A DNA stretch of 64,000 nt from Octopus bimaculoides (taxonomy: Eukaryota), in the NCBI RefSeq assembly GCF_001194135.2, contig NC_068994.1, positions 683,599 through 747,598 of the forward strand. The letters run 5' to 3'. A program made the position numbers and the translations under genes. Positions 62,675 to 64,000 of this stretch are shown in pieces; the stretch's first letter is position 1, and every line of letters begins with the position of its first letter. The notes under the pieces were generated by a model, which made no database searches, was not told where the DNA came from, and worked only from the letters and a program-made list of their open reading frames with translations.

Positions 62675-63223
62675 GCGGTGCGTGAAGGCAATACACGCGC
62701 GCACATGCAGCAGTATTTCTATGAGAAATTTCAAGATGTTTCAAAGTAGGTATAATTTATTGTAGTGCAGAGAAGGGTAGTAGAGCAACGTGATAGAGAT
62801 GTGTGATCACATACAATAGAACCAGAATAGGTAGCTGAGAGGAGAGAAAGCTAACGCCACATTATATTGACAACTTCATACATGCTTTGACGTAACTTTC
62901 TTCTACTTTTACCTACTTTGTATGTAGCATATACTATCTTCCCTCTCGTTTTCTTTACACTCACGTACATACACAGATACACATATGTAAGTATATACAC
63001 ACCCTTATATAATAATATTATATATATATATATATATATGTACAGATGCAGAACTAAGCATATTTGTAATTATATGTCTTTATGCTAGTGTTCCTCTGTT
63101 GCCAAAAATGCTACCAAGTTTGAGTAAAGATACTAAAGGAAGCTTCTGTAGTTTAACGACAGCAGAAAAGTACATCAATGAAACTTTCTGTAACGAATCT
63201 TTCAGGAAAAACATTTGCATATA

Positions 63224-63279
<56 letters not shown>

Positions 63280-63756
63280 TGTGTACATATACGTGTGTAT
63301 ATGTGTGAATATAAACATGTATATATATAGGTATGTGTGTATATATCTATATGTCTGTATATGCATTTATGAGTACTGAATATATGAATATGTGTACATA
63401 TGTTAATGTATATGTAAGTGTGTATATACACACACATACATATACAGACGTATGCGTGCACACACACACACACACACACACACAAATATACGTGTACATG
63501 CATATGAAATGATATATTAACTTCTTTCAGGAAAACGTTTCCAAGTCGTGTTATATAATGTGTGTGAATACGAATGTGCTTGCATGTGCAATTAAATATT
63601 TAGGAATCTTTTGTTTTATGATCCACAGTGAATCTATTGAACTCAGCAGACTGTCACTTGCATAAAACTTGACGATAAAATGTCAACATCGGTTTACTTT
63701 AAAACTGAAGGTATATTCTACTAAGCTGAACAAAACTCACATCAGAATCGTCTATA

Positions 63757-63876
63757 TATATGTGTGTGTGTGTGTATATATGTGTGTATGTATATGTATG
63801 TGTGTGTGTATGTATATATATATATATGTGTGTATGTATATATATATGTGTGTATGTATATATATATGTGTGTATG

Positions 63877-63907
<31 letters not shown>

Positions 63908-64000
63908 GGATATATATATGGATATATATATGTGTATATATATGTATGTATGTGTGTATATATATGTATATATATATATATGTTTGTGTATATATATATG
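63757..64000. repeat. Degenerate (TA)/(TG) microsatellite array running off the window
   Basis: Directly visible. Confidence 0.95.

Overview
Eukaryotic, AT-rich, microsatellite-dense draft-assembly DNA with four N gaps. The repeat complement (SINE-like elements ending in AACCCATGCCAGCATGGAAA..GTTAAA(TGA)n, RTE LINEs, abundant TA/CA/GA tracts) resembles an Octopus/coleoid cephalopod genome; this is inference from pattern recognition, not a database result. Almost all ORFs in the supplied track are microsatellite read-through, antisense frames of repeats, or decayed transposon coding remnants: many RTE LINE fragments, one CR1/Jockey-like LINE, two REL-endonuclease (R4/NeSL-like) LINE fragments, two deleted mariners, and piggyBac- and hAT-like MITEs. 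No named host gene can be supported. The best gene candidate, invisible in the ORF track, is a spliced + strand gene whose three phase-compatible exons (18370-18411, 22332-22384, 22739-22802) give a 53-aa Myb/SANT-like Trp repeat. Other notable signals are a same-strand cluster of nine TGACCT (AGGTCA) motifs at 59621-60218, a degenerate hammerhead-ribozyme-like motif at 5603-5630, a 145-bp near-perfect hairpin at 2567-2711, a long-TIR mariner with a nested RTE, and closely spaced inverted SINE pairs. Repeat boundaries are approximate (tens of bases) unless exact motifs are quoted.
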